Source of the DNA: the human T2T-CHM13v2.0 reference genome, Homo sapiens
Length of the DNA stretch: 64,000 nt
Assembly (NCBI RefSeq): GCF_009914755.1
Contig: NC_060941.1
Strand: one strand, 5' to 3'
The notes under the pieces were generated by a model. That model was not told where the DNA came from. It saw only the letters and a program-made list of their open reading frames with translations, and did not search any database. Shown here one piece after another: positions 1-15,407 of this stretch (the stretch's first letter is position 1; every line of letters begins with the position of its first letter). A program made the translations under genes and the position numbers.

Positions 1-1260
1 CCCTGACAAGGGCGCCACTGCCCTGGGGGTGGTTGCCGAACCCGGTGCCTGTCTGCTGGAAGGCTACACCTCGCTGGCGGCTGTTCCCTGCATGGTGCAG
101 CCCCTCCTGGGAAGCCAGTGGCAGCCCCTGCAGCATGCACCCAGCTGCTCCTGCTCCGCAGGTGGGGGTCGCTTGCCTTTGGTGAGTTGGATGCAGAACT
201 CGCAGCCAGAGGCGCTAACACCAGAAATGCCCTCACAGCCCTTGAGGTTGAGCTGCCGAGGGTGTGGGGCTGGTGTCCACTGGGGCATGGCCTGGCTCTC
301 ATGGCAGGATTGCATGGGTTCCTTGAACAGCTCCCAGTGCTGGCCTCAGCCCTTCAGGGTCAGCTTCTGGGGCTGGGAGATTTGAGGACACACCTTGACT
401 TCTGTGACAAGGTGTGTCACAGAACACGGGCTTCCAGCCCATCTGTGGATATCTAGCCCTCCAGCTTCTCCAAGCTGCTGAGGGCTGCGTCCAGGCCATC
501 CAGCCAGGTATCCACAGCCCATCTCCCCTCTCTGAGACTGCCTGATTCCATAGGATTGCAGAGATGAGACACCATCAACCCCTCCTAGATGCAGCCCACC
601 CCTCCAGCAGCAGATCTCACTGAGCAGCTCGCACAGCGGGGTCCAAGCCGCAGAAGTCTTGGGGCTGAAAGTGCAGCCAGAGTCGCCTGGCCCTGGCACC
701 CCGTTAAATGAGGCACCGCAGGTACCAGAGCCCGCTGTGCAGCAGGGATTCGTCCAGCGGGCGTTGGGCCCTGGCGGGCGAGGGAGGGTCGGGCGGCGTC
801 GGTCACTGGCTCGGCAGGTGGTCGCAGGCCTGGATTGGCCACTGTCCCAGAAGTGAGCCAGCCTCCCCGGAAGAGCGCTGGAGCGAAGCTGCCCGCTAGG
901 ACCACCTTAGTCAGGTTGCACACCTCCTCGTCCGGTTCCTTCTAGTCTCAGGAGCTGGAGTGGGGCTGGAGGCAAGTGAGCCCCACCTGCGGGGCAGGAG
1001 CAGCTGAGTGCATGCTGCAGGGGCTGTCACTGGCTTCCCAGGAGGGGCTGAACAGTGCAGGGAACAGCTGTCAGCGAGGTGCAGGCCACCCTTGGCCTTT
1101 CAGGAGACAGGCGCGGGACTCGGGCAACCACCCCCAGGGCCTTGGCTCCTCCATCAGGGGCCTCAGCTGCTGTGGCCTTGGTGCTCAGGAACTGGAGTGG
1201 GGCCAGATCCGGGACGCCGGGCACTGTGGAGGCTGTAGGTGGCGGCTGCGGCCCAGAAGC
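1..1260 (-). pseudogene. FERMT3 (kindlin-3)-derived processed pseudogene, degraded, running off the left edge
   Basis: Minus-strand translations match FERMT3 peptides in order with no introns: FWAAAATYSLHSARRP~FQAVAAICRLLSIRHP; KEPDEEVCNLTKVVLAGSFAPALFRG~[42 protein letters not shown]~LDDLDVALSNLEVKLEG; PQKLTLKG*GQHWELFKE~[42 protein letters not shown]~[24 protein letters not shown]. Many frameshifts and stops. Parent sequence recalled from memory. Confidence 0.88.
967..1183 (+). pseudogene. Inverted duplicate of a downstream FERMT3 segment inserted within the retrocopy
   Basis: 971-1159 is the reverse complement of 1-177 (about 85% by eye). It encodes SEVQATL~SEVQAIL and SGNHPQG~PGNHPHG. 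Flanked by 20-bp direct repeats at 947-966 and 1184-1203 (19/20 identical). Confidence 0.85.
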
Positions 1261-1304
1261 ACTGACGAAAGCACCTTGACAGATCAAGTCAAAATGTTAC
1301 TGAG

Positions 1305-1593
1305 GGCCGGGCGCGGGGGCGCATGCCTGTAATCCCAGCACTTTGGGAGGCCGAGGCGGGCGGATCACGAGGTCAGGAGATCGAGACCATCCTGGCTAAC
1401 ATGGTGAAACCCCGTCTCCACTAAAAATACGAAAAAATTAGCCAGGCGCCATGCTGGGCGCCTGTAGTCCCAGCTACTCGGGAGGCTGAGGCAGGAGAAT
1501 GGCGTGAACCCGGGAGGCAGAGTGAGCCGAGATTGTGCCACTGCAGTCTGGCCTGGGCGAAAGAGCAAGACTCCATCTCAAAAAAAAAAAAAA
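1305..1593 (+). mobile_element. AluY (AluYe-like tail) with TSD
   Basis: GGATCACGAGGTCAGGAGATCGAGACCATCCTGGCTAAC, GCAGTCTGGCCTGGGCGAAAGAGC, poly-A. TSD aaaatgttactgag / aaaaagttattgag. Confidence 0.93.
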
Positions 1594-1599
1594 GTTATT

Positions 1600-2330
1600 G
1601 AGAAGGCCAGTTCATTCTCTAGGATGCCAGTGGCAAACAAACATGAGGATGACCAGGGAGACGAGGAGTTTGAGTGCTTACTTTATAAAGTGTCTGTAAT
1701 ATCTGCAGCAGAAGAATTTAATGGCAAGTTGTTCAGAAGATAAGCCTGGAAATCTTAAATGTCCTATACTCATTTTTAATTATATTGTATGTTACATACT
1801 CTTTGGGGCAAGAATGATGGAGATTATGGAAGTGGAATAAGGGCTTTCCCTCTCTGTTTGCTTCAGACCACTTCTTTGTTACCATTATCACAATTGGTAC
1901 AGTTAGCTGGATGTTGTGTTAAACACATTAAAGACATGTTATTGGATGCGCATTTTAACCATATGGGATAGGTTTTATTAACAGGGTGTGAATATGGCTC
2001 AAACAATTTCCCCAGAGTATGTAATGGATTAGCCAACACTAGTCTGTTTTCCTCCCAAGCCCTCTTGACTATTATTACATATTCTTCCCATGAGAGACCA
2101 GGAGATGCCTAAAGAAAGGGATCGAGGGAGCAGAAGGCGTTCTGTGAGGAGGAGATATCTGAATGGTACTTGAGTATAAGTTGCTACACGGTTGTGTGCT
2201 ATGACGTCTATCCACAAAGAACCCAGTTTACCCAATAAAACCTTCAACCAACCTTCATATCTTAATTTTTCTTTGAAGTATTCCTCTGAGTGTTGAAGAG
2301 AAGTATGAAAATTTGCTCCACAGTAAACTG
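1600..2330 (+). pseudogene. Possible very degraded germ-cell-less (GMCL1-like BTB/BACK) retrocopy remnant
   Basis: Weak colinear peptide hints: EDDQGDEEFECLL~EEEGDEQQRLL; GCEYGS..QSM*WISQH~AGTYGL..KCLEWLLNN; NKTFNQPSYLNFSLK~RNTLNQPCSGSVSLQ. Could be chance. Confidence 0.3.
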
Positions 2331-2469
2331 CAGAGATAAACAGAGATGGCTATGAAAATACTACAACTATTATTAAGGAAGACGGCTATTTGCCTTTTAG
2401 TATAAATTGAGTCAATGAGATGCATAAATATTATTTCCAATATCTGTGAATATTTGCCTAAGACATAAT

Positions 2470-2620
2470 TTATTATTATTTTCATTTTTAATTTGTAGAT
2501 ACTATTGTACATATTGTGTACAATATGATGTTTTAAAGTATATATATTGTGGAATGATTAAATCTAGCTAATGAACATATGCATTGCCTTACATACAATT
2601 TTTGTGTTGAGAATACAACA
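2470..2620 (-). mobile_element. Old L1M 3'-end fragment
   Basis: tacaatatgatgttttaaagtatatatattgtggaatgattaaatctagctaatgaacatatgcatt resembles an antisense L1MA 3' UTR. Confidence 0.65.
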
Positions 2621-3890
2621 ATTTTAAATATTTGTCCAATTCGCATTTGGAAAATACAATTAAAATAAGCTTAAAATGCCTATAATTCACAATGCAGTCA
2701 TAAAAATTAAACTGATGAAACACACTAAAGTCATTTAAATGTATCCTTACTCATTGTTCTTGATGATATAGTAAAGCATCATCAAAATATAGTAGTCTCT
2801 ATTGTTTTAGAATTTGATTTTTTAGATCTGGTCATAATTATGCTGTATAGATAAAACTGTGTGTTCTAAACGGATTTGAAGTCAGAAACTTGCACTGCCA
2901 AGACAACACTGTGTCTTATCAGCTCTGCCTCAGTTTGCAAATCACGTAAGCTTTCTGAACTCCATTTTATTCACTTGGGAAGTGGGATCAATACACTAAA
3001 TATTTCAGTTAATACAAAGTAGAATACAAAAAGAATCACACTCTAGTTCCATTCCACATGAGCACTTCAGCTATTTTCCTCCAGAAATCACCTGTACACC
3101 ATAGGAAAGTAAATTCATACCCACCTAGTTAACAGTGTGAGAATGTAAGTTTAAAGCATGTTTGACTAAGGAAACTTAATCATAATAAAATGGTTTAATT
3201 TCCCTGAGCATGAAATATTCTCCACAAGAAATGGCATGCTATGTTTAATTGGTTCTGGGAATGATTATCCAATATTAGTCACTTTCATATTAGTGTCCCC
3301 TAGAGTGGAAAATAAATAAGATAGTGATTGCACTTCTGCATGTCCATCTTCTGCCAAGACATTTTGCTAATGTGCAGTGTCTGCAACTTCCCATTTCTTG
3401 GCTAAGTTCAAGCTTTGTTAGTTTAGTGCTTAGGAAAGCCTCATGTTCTTTCAGAAATTCTTTTGCTCTCATTACTTTTTGTGATATTATGGACAATAAT
3501 TTGCCTTGGGAACATGACAACTGATTCCAACAGTTGCCAATGTTGGGGAGGGAGGTGTCAAAAGGTAGGCTTTTTCAATGTCAATTTTAACCCAGCAGCA
3601 ATTTCTGCAGTTGCAAATAATTCTATTTTCTTTCTGGTCACTTAAGTTCTGTCAAATTAAATTAGTGTTCAAAACTCATAGCACAGTTTTGCTTTTTTAT
3701 TACTACATCTGCAATTTGATTAGTGTGATATATTTTCATATATGAATGAATATCAATTAAAGGCAATGAACATTTATAGGTAACTTTTTCAGCCACAGAG
3801 GTTAGTAATTTTAACATGTAAACCATCTGAATTCATATTGCAACCATATTTTTGTAATATAAGAAAATGTAGATTAAATAAGTTTTATTA

Positions 3891-4240
<350 letters not shown>

Positions 4241-4684
4241 TCATTAATATCATATGCCCATTAAAATGTTGTATTAAATAACTATAATATTACTGAGAAT
4301 AACTTATGTTTCAGACATTTCACTTACATTATTTAAATCAGACTTCCTAATAACCCACGTATAAACCTTGGTATGAAGTAACTGATCCTGAGAGATGTAA
4401 ATTATCTTCCCAAATTCATGCATTTATGAAGTTTATCATCTGAGTTTTCTGACACTATATGTAACATTTTTTTCTCCATGCCACGTTGGTTCCTGGCATT
4501 CCAAAGCTCTTGAAGAACATTGAGAGAAACCAATGGCCTTCATCCGCATTTCAACCAACAATGCTACAATCACCTTTGTTCACAGTCCTGTCTTCATACA
4601 AAAAGAAATGTTTCCATTAGTTTCCAGCATCATCTCACATAATTATTATTTTGGTTTAGAACACTAATCCACTCTCAGAATTTC

Positions 4685-5780
4685 TCAAAAATACATTAAG
4701 TTGCTAACAATAGTCAGCACGTTGCACAATAGATCTCTTGAAATTTTACTCCTTCTCTCTGACTGTAGTTGTGTATCCTTTGACCAACATCTACCAAAGT
4801 CCATTCCCAACCACATTAGCTGCTGGCAAAAAAACATTTTACTCTTGCTTGTTAACTTTTTTAGATTCCACATATGAATGAGACTATGTGATAATTGTCT
4901 TCCTGGCCTAGCTCATAATATTCTCCAGGTTCATCCATGTTTTCACAAACAACAGGATTTCCTTCTTTTCTGTGGCTGAATGTATTTCATTGTATGTATA
5001 TGCCACATTTTCTCTACCCATCCCCCCGTCGATGGACACAAGTTGATTCCATATCATGACTACTGTGAATAATACTGCAATAAACATGGGAGTGCAGATA
5101 TCTGTTCCATATACTGATTTTATATCCTTTGGATAGGTAGATACCCAGCAGTGGGATCACTGGATCATATAGTAGTTCAATTAAAAAATTTCTGGAGAAC
5201 CATAGTACTTAGCAGCCTAATACTTAATATTTAATACATAGAGACTGTACTAATTTATTAGGTTAGTGCAAAAGTAATTGAAGTTTTTGCCATTGAATGT
5301 AATGGCAAAACTGCAATTACTTTTACACGAAATTAATATATTCCCACCAATAGTGTACAAGGGTTCCCTTATCTCCATACCCTGATCAACACGTTTAATT
5401 CTTGTATTTTTGATAATAACCATTATAATAGGTGTGAGATGACAGCAGAGTGGAGCTTTAGTTTGCATTTCCATAATAATTAGTGATGTTGAACATTTTT
5501 TGCATAAGCCTACTTGGCCATTTGTATGTCTTCTTTTGAGAAATGTCTGCTCAGATCTTTTGCTTATATTTTAATCAGTTCATTTGCCTTCTTGCTATTG
5601 AGTTGTTTGAATTTCTTATATATTTTGGATGTTAATTACCACAAAATTCATAACAATATAAGGTAATACATATGCTAATTAGCTAGATTCAGTCACCTCA
5701 CCATGTAAATATACCTCAGAATATCATGTACAAAATAAATACATAAAATTTTATCCTTCAATTAAGAAATTAAAATAAAA
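4685..5780. mobile_element. Old L1MA, 5'-inverted (minus 4685-5630, plus terminal 5636-5780)
   Basis: Antisense ORF2 C-terminus and 3' UTR (ORF 5250-5474, HLTPIIMVIIK) followed by the sense extreme 3' end with A-rich tail. Confidence 0.7.
5258..5336. mobile_element. MADE1 (Hsmar1-derived MITE) inside L1
   Basis: 79-bp palindrome ttaggttagtgcaaaagtaattg...caattacttttacacgaaattaa with TA on both sides. Confidence 0.85.
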
Positions 5781-6624
5781 TGAAATTTTCAGCATGATAG
5801 ACATTCAAATATATGAATCACGTCATCCCAACCTCTCTTTATCATTTTCAGTAGTTACGGGTGAAATCTGAGTCAGGGCTGATGTTCCTAGTTCCCTACT
5901 ATTATATTCTTAATACACTGCAGTTTCTCAATCATCCTTATTAAAGCAGTTACCAAAATTTAAAAATTAATTTTGAGTGTACTATGATCATCTCTGGAAA
6001 ATTATAATTTGAAGAAGTGCTTCTATGAATGGGATAAAATATTTCATTTTTTTTCAGCATTCCACATTTTTGACTCATTGACTCAGCTAAACCACATAAA
6101 TCTTCACTTTTTTCTATTTTATATATCATAATGCCTATCTTTCAGCTGTGAAAAATTATCAACTATATTTGTTTATTAACTTTGGGAATATGAAATTCAG
6201 ATCATGATCTTCTATAAATAAAATTTAGAAGTTTTTTTTCTAACCGAAGCATTCAGACTTGAGCAAATGACAAACGTAGAATATTTTAAGTGTTGACAAA
6301 TATATACATATAATATCAATGTTTTTGTGTTTCGAGTTTCTAAGCAATATTTGCTAGCTGATAAACTTATTTTTTATTTACTAATAAGAAATAATTTGGA
6401 TTGCAGAAATCAAGATACTCTCCTTGCATGACATTAAGATTAATAGATAAATGTTATCACACCTACAGGCACATATGACACCACCAGAACTTTACCTAAA
6501 TGATTGTTTTCCAACTTATGTAATTGTGGTTGTTTATAAACGTCTTGTTTATTGTTAATCTTTATTATAAACATCTTGTTTATTATTGACCTTGTTTATA
6601 AACTATCTTTACTAATTAGGAAAC

Positions 6625-6935
6625 TTTTTTTTCTCTTTTCTTTTTTTTTTTCAGAGACAAGGTCTGGCTCTGTCACCCAAGCTGGAGTACAGTGGCACCA
6701 GCTCCACTCACTGTAACCTTTGCCTCCCAAGTTGAAGTGATTCCTGTGCCTCAGCCTCCCAAGTAGCTGGGACTACAGGCACGCACCAGCACACGTGGCT
6801 AATTTTTGTATTTTTAATAGAGATAGGGTTTTGTTATATTACTCAGGCTGGTCTTGAACTCCTGGGCTCAAGTGATCAACTATTCCTGGCCTCCCAAAGT
6901 GCTGGGATTACAGGCATGAGCCACTGTCCCTGGCC
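6625..6935 (-). mobile_element. Alu (J/S)
   Basis: Poly-T followed by antisense Alu consensus. Confidence 0.9.
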
Positions 6936-7940
6936 TCTGTTTTCTTTATTGCTTTATTTATCTGGTTTTGAGTTGGGAGATGATATTAAACAAGAGTTAT
7001 AATTTTCCAAAAATTGAAATAAAAATAATTTTAGGCTAGAGGAAAATGCAAACAATAGCAACATTAGGATCTATTAGCTTATTTGAATTTTGTAATAAAT
7101 AAAGATTTGATATAATGGGAAATTTAATATACTTAATATGTAAGTACACTCTCAATTCTTGAAGGAAATAATAAAACTGTATCAACATAGAAAGATATAA
7201 AAAAATGCTAAGTTGTCACAAAAAAAAGAAATTCACAAAAAAAGAAATTCCAAAGCAGAAGTCCTGGTATGTTACTATTCCAGACAAATCTGATATGAGA
7301 AAGCACTAAAGATAATTGAAACATTAATTTAATAATTAATTAATTAAAATAGTACAGTCCTGGATGTCTTTTTTGTGCTTTCTTTAATTTCTTTCCAGCT
7401 ATATATAAATGTGTCTTGGTATGAATTTAAGTGCCTGGGAATGAATAGTACTGTCCCCCAGGATAATAAGTTATTAGCAAATTAATACCTTGCTTCTGTT
7501 AGTTGTCAACATGTTGCAAGTAAACATTGTTGATAGGCACTGTGGATCTACTAAGGGTAAGATATCATCCTTTCACAAAAGGATAGCTATTAAACCTGAC
7601 TGTAGGTAAAGTTAAATTGCAACTAAACATATGTAGACATATACTAAGATTTTAAACATTACACAATATTTCTGACCAATAAAATATAAACTAGAGTCTA
7701 AACTGTTTGGTTAAGAATTTCATTGCTAGAGTACCCTTACAAGTTCTAACTGAATTTCCAAAAATCTAACATTTTGTTCTCAATAAAATAAAATGTGTTT
7801 AATAAATATGAAGCAAAAAACAAAATCCTAAACAAAAGCAAACACTGTTGATCAGTCAATTTAACATGGAATATTATTGCTATTATTTTTATTGACCAAT
7901 AATTTATTTCCTGACTTTTCTTCTCAGATATGGACACTAT

Positions 7941-8666
7941 TGATGGGAGCGGCTGGCCATCTGGAGTGGCAGTTGCCATCATGCCAGTAGCGCTTGGGCC
8001 GCATGGGCAGTGTTGTCAGGAGCAGCAGCAGGAGCAGCAGTGGCGGTGGTAGGACCCCGTTCCCTGTGTCCCCAAGGCATCTGACTGCGCCGCCGCCCCC
8101 TAATGGCTGGGCAGGACCCACTGCCAGGTGCAGACCCTCCATGGCGGCCTCAATTTCGCTTCCTACCACATCTGGGAGCCCATCAGCGCTGGCAGCCGGG
8201 TCTTGCAGGATTGGCCCCAGGAGCATCAGGTTCATTTGTGCGGCATTAGCCAGGGCCCCCATGCCACCTGCACCTCGCCCATGCACTACTGCAGGGAAAA
8301 CGCAGAGAGGAGTCACGGCCAAGGCTGCACACTCTATGGAGCCAGTGGCAGCTGGGGACAAGTGGGAGCCCAGCCCCTTCCAAGTTGCCAGGGCAGGAAC
8401 TCCCCAGGCGCAACTGCAGCTGCCCAAGGAGGGTCTGCGACCCAGGCACTCCTGTGCTCTTGGGAGCCAGGAGAAGGCAGGAGCCCCACCCTCCCAGGCA
8501 CAGCTGGAGCCTTTCAAGCCACAGCTGCAGACCCAGGCACCTCTGCACTCTTGGGGCCTGGGAAGGCCCCCGTGACCACACAGGCTCGGAAGTGCCTGCC
8601 CCCACTGTCTGGGTTCTCCTCGCTGTCAGCACCTGCTCCAATCTTCGAGCAAAGTTGAGGTCGAGC
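7941..8666 (+). mobile_element. MER52-family ERV1 LTR, 5' part
   Basis: Starts TGATGGGAGCGGCTGGCCATCTGGAG and contains GGCTCGGAAGTGCCTGC...GAGCAAAGTTGAGG as in MER52. Explains the long GC-rich ORFs at 7924-8762. Confidence 0.8.
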
Positions 8667-8779
8667 ACACTATATTGTGACCAATATAAAATAGATATAA
8701 AAATACCTCTTACACTTAAATCCAGGCATTGCCATTTGAATGACTTAAGAATATGCAGCTAAGGTGCTTTTAAAAATAC

Positions 8780-10445
8780 AAGCTAGTGATTATACTGAAT
8801 TTGTAAATCACGTAGGATAGTGAGTCATTTTAGAATATTAATTATTTCAGTCCATAAACCTGGATGTCTTTCCTTTTTTGTGTTTTCTTTAATTTCTTTC
8901 ATTGATGTTTGTAATTTTTGTTATAGAAATCATTTACTTCCTCGGTTAAGTTTATTTCTAAGTACATTTTTGTAGCTATTGTAAAAGAAATAGCTTCCTT
9001 AATTTTTTTTCTGCTAGTTTACTATCAACATATAGAAATGCTACTGTTTTTTGTATGTTGATTTTATATCCTGCAGCTTTATTAAATTCATTTATCACTC
9101 TAAGAAGTTTTAGGTAGAGACCTTAGTTTCTTCCGTGTATGAGATCACATTGTCTGCAAACAAGGATAATTTGACTGTCTCCTTTCCAATTCAGATGCCC
9201 TTTATTTCTTTCTCTAACCTAATTGCCCTGGCTAAGACTTTCACTATGTGAAATATGATTGGTGAAAGTGGGCCTCCTTTTCTTGCTCCAGTTTTCATGG
9301 TAACATTTTTCACCTTTTCCACGTTCAGTATGATCTTAGCTGTAGGGTTGTCTTTACGCCCTTTTGTGTTGAGGCATATGTTTTCCACACTAAATTGTTT
9401 AGAGGCTTTTGTCATGTAAGAACGTTTAATTTTGCCAAATGCTTTCATTGTGTTTATTGATTTAATCATATGGTTTTCAATATATATCCAAAGGAAAGAA
9501 AATCAATATATCAAAGCCTTACCTGCACCCCCATGTTTATTACAGCACTATTCACAATAGCCAAGATATGGAATCAACATAAGTGTCCATCAACAGATGA
9601 ATGGATAAAGAAAATGTGACATACATATATAATGGAATACTATTAAGTTATAATAAAGAACAAAATCCTGTCATTTGTGGCAACATGAATGCAACTGGAG
9701 GGCATTATCTTAGGTGAAATAAGCCTGGCATAGAAAAATAAACACCACAGGCCAGGCACGGTGGCTCACGCCTGTAATCCCAGCACTTTGGGAGGCCGAG
9801 ACAGGCGGATCACGAGGCCAGGAGATCGACACCATCCTGGCTAACACGGTGAAACCCCGTCTCTACTAAAAATACAAAAAAAAATTAGCCGGGCGAGGTG
9901 GCGGGCACCTGTAGTCCCAGCTACTCCAGAGGCTCAGACAGGAGAATGGCGTGAACCCGAGAGGTGGAGCTTACAGTGAGCCAAGATAGCGCCACTGCAG
10001 TCCGGCCTGGGCGAAAGAGCGAGACTCCGTCTCAGAAAAAAAAAAAAAAAAAAAAGAGAAAGAAACACCACATAACTACATGTTCTCATTTACGTATGGA
10101 AGCTTAGATAGTAGAGTATTGGTTACCATATACGGGAAAGAGAAAGGGGAGTATCAGAAAAATTTGGTTAACACATACAAAATTACAGCTGGAGAGAAGG
10201 AATAAGTTATAGTTCTCTACAGCACTGCAGGGTGACTGTAGTTAAAGGGAATTTATTGTGTGTTTTCAAATAACTAGAAGAAAAGATTTTTAGTATTCTC
10301 CTGCAAAGAAATAATAAATGATTTAGGTAATGGATATGCTAATGACTCTGACTTGATCATTACACATTGCATAAATATATCAAAATATCACTCTGTAACC
10401 CATAAACCTGTACAATTATTACATGCCAATTAAAAATAATTTTAA
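8780..10445. mobile_element. Old L1MA, 5'-inverted (minus ORF2 8780-9479, plus 3' end 9480-10445)
   Basis: ORF 9191-9469 (-) is an L1 RT region (KGGPLSPIIFHIV..LARAIRLEKEIKGI). Strand switches at ~9479 to the ORF2 end and 3' UTR. Confidence 0.8.
9750..10056 (+). mobile_element. AluY (AluYe-like) nested in L1
   Basis: AAGATAGCGCCACTGCAGTCCGGCCTGGGCGAAAGAGCGAGACTCC, CpG-rich. TSD core aaacaccaca. Confidence 0.93.
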
Positions 10446-10812
10446 AAGAGAAAAAATGAAATAAAAGTAAAGGTACAGAATTTAACTACTTTTTCTTCTA
10501 TGAAACCAGGAAGAGTGAATTTATTAGTTTTCTAAAATAAAAAAAAATCAAAATGACCAAAAAAGAGCAATATCCAAGAAAAACAACACTTAGTAAGAAT
10601 ACTTAGAAAACTTGGGCACTGTATCACCCTGTTCCTAGATACCAATTTACAGATGACCACTTAAATAGAAGTTTATTCCAGTTAATTCATTTATAATCCC
10701 AGAGTTCAAAATTATGTTGTACCTACAATAAATGAGATAACACGTTTAAATTATATGGTACTCTGCCTAACACAGGTTAATAACTCAATACAGGTTAGCA
10801 ATAAGCTTTTAG

Positions 10813-12240
<1,428 letters not shown>

Positions 12241-15200
12241 TTTGAATAGAGTTGTAAATACAATTTTTTATGAAAAAAGAAATTATCAAGTGCATAAGTT
12301 CATAATACAAAAACAAATAAAATTCGAGGCACAAGTTAGTACTAAAAAAATTATGTTCATTTTTCCCTAATACAACATGTTTTTTCCCTTCATGAACAAT
12401 TTGTGTTTTACTGAGAAGACTCATTATTTATGGCAGAAGTTAGACTACAGATGAATATGTACTTTAAACACTCTCAGTAGCTTTCTTAATTTTACATATG
12501 CTGCTTTATGCTTCTGTTTATTTTCATTTTTCCAATGTCCATATTCTAGTAAATTTGAATATTTTAATTCAAGTTTATTGAATTTAATATTTAATATTGC
12601 TTGTATAATTTAGTATTTTTAAGACTCAAAAAGGTTTATGAAAAAAAGAAAAAGAGATCAACGTGTTGCTAATCATTTAAAGATTATTTTAAAATCTTTG
12701 ACCTTTATATGTTAATGAATAAAATGTTAGTAGCTATTAGTATAAAATAATTTATGTCTTTTGGACTTAGCATCCAGCATTTCTTTTTTTAATAAATAAA
12801 TAATTATTCTCCTGTAATATATTATGTTTATCTGGGTTTTGAAAAATGATGTTTCCTAATATGAGAAAGCCATTTACATGTTTAAATCTACAAAGGCAAA
12901 TGAAATGGTACTAAATTATTTACATAATAACGTTTAGATGGTGACCCTTATAACATTATTTGTATACTTCATACAGAGTTGGGAATATGCAATCCTAGAA
13001 TATTTCTGGGGGCAAACCCTTCAGTTTGATGAACAAAACAAGACTTTTAAATAAAATTAAACTTTTAAATTACCCAGGTTATGGGGCCTTTTAATTCAAT
13101 GGATATGGAGCATAATGAATTATCCCCTTTTCATTGGGTAATAAGTTCTCATTCTTAACTTATAATACTCAAAATACCCTTTAATTTTTAATTTGTGATT
13201 AACCATATCATTATCCCTAGGTATTTTAGCTTCTATCTTGAATTCTATAATAATTTTGAAACAGGAGAAAGTATTCTTTATTACCATATGTGTTAAACAT
13301 CATGGTTTTCAAATTTAACTGCAAATGTGTCTTTTTCATTGCTTCCTGATGACGCCCTTCACCCTATCCATATTGTCACTATCAAGTGGTAATTACTTTT
13401 CAGGTTCACATATTTGTTTTTTTGGAAAATCTTCTCTGTGTCTTATAAAGAATATGATTGTAGGCATTCAAAAACCAGTGAAATACACATAATTAGCCTG
13501 TGGCCTAACTCATTTCTTTAAGAAACTACACTAATTTTACCCACATACTGATATTTTTATTGCCGCATTATTTCTGGAGAAAATAAATACTGCTAACATG
13601 ATGTTGGTAAGAGAGTAAAAAAGTCTTTTCTCGAAAAGTGCTCATTGTAGTATTAACATATAGTGTCAATTTCTTTATAAATTCCTCATACACATTTTAT
13701 TCTTAGAGAAATAAAAATGCTAAAAGTGAAATGACTTTGTTTATTCTGCATATTATAAGCCACCCATCTTGGTAATTTAGGGTCTTTATAGTTAGGGTAA
13801 GTTGTGTCATACCGAGGTAACAAAACAAAAGGTATTTTGTCTCTTTTGGGCCTTTCATTATTCAGTTATACTGTCACTTTGGCTTTTTTTGTAGGTCAAC
13901 CTATTGACCTCAGTATTCTGAAATAATATGTTTACTATCTTTTGATCAGCATTTAAAATATTAGATTTATTGTTACTCTTCTGCCTTTATTGGGCTGGAT
14001 GAATAATTGTTTCTCTCACTCCACAAAAGCCAAGTTGCAGAGAAAAACACATAGACATTCAGTTGCAAAGCAAAGAAACGACTATTTTCTGCAATTTTAA
14101 AGTGTACATTGAATGAATTAAACCATCTTTTTATTTTCTTTTTTGCTCACTTGCAAATATTAACAACATCAAGTGTATTATTGTAATGTTATCTAGGTAA
14201 AAATCTCAACAAGTTTTCATAATTACCATTTTTAAATATATAAATAGGGGACCTAACTTTAATTTTTAATGTCTGAGGCCATGTCTGTTATTTCACTCTT
14301 TAAACTCAGTTCGTAATGCAGACACTTAGTAAATACTCAAAAAATATGTGCTGAATAAAAAAGGTTAAATATGTAATATGTACAAAATCTACTGGAAAAA
14401 ATGCACCAACAATTTTATTTGGTATACCAGTTTATTGTAGAATCTTTATTGCCTTTAAATAATAATATACTTTTCCAGTGTCTACAATGACTTGTAATAT
14501 TTGTACACATATAAAATAATATTTCCAAAAATGTAATTCAGTAAGGAAATATACCTTCTAAATTCTAGATTTATAATTTAGGGGTTAAATTATAAAATCA
14601 TTAAATAAAATACAAATGACATATAGTCAAAGATCCCCTTGGAAAAAAATTAAGTGGCCTCTAAAGTGATGTATTCATATATATAATTTTACAATCACCC
14701 TCAGTTTGCTGTTCCTCTGGCATTAGAACAGATTGTTGTTGTTTATTTGCTTTAACATCAAAGGTAAATGTTTTTGTTCAAGGACATATGTAAAAATAAA
14801 TGCATATGGTTTACAATAGCATCATATTTAGTGATAAGCACATAGGACATGAGACCATCCGAAATAAATGCAGAACCAAATCTCTCATGCATATGCACTC
14901 AACCACTCATGTTTATTGATAAAATGCTAAGTGGAAAAACCTGAATTTTGTAAATTTGTCTCCTTTGCCTTTTTAAATATACACACAATCAAACTCTTTG
15001 TGACTTAGTAATGAATAAGTAATACTCCATTGCATATGTAATAAAATGTGTGGCATAAAATCAATATTAGGTATAAAAAATCTATGGCAATAAGGTTAGA
15101 AGGAATGTGCCATAGCAGCGATTATCTCATAGCCAAAAATATAGGTATTTTTAGTCTCTGATTTTTTTCATTGTCTACACTTTCTACGAATAACACAGAT

Positions 15201-15407
15201 AACTTTTGTAACATTTTATTCTAAATACTTTAACATGAAAGATACATTTAAAAATACTCATTCCATATACACACTGATTTTTAAAATATTTATTATGATT
15301 TCTCATGGAGTTTAGGAATATTCAAAATCTACTAAAAGTTATCATGTTTTATGATAGCTCTCACTTGCTTTAAAAAAAAATTCTTGATAATTTACAAGTA
15401 CGCAGTG

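Noticed and set aside
7924-8762. Overlapping 125-197-aa ORFs on both strands
   Set aside because: They lie in the GC-rich MER52 LTR and have no recognisable domain.
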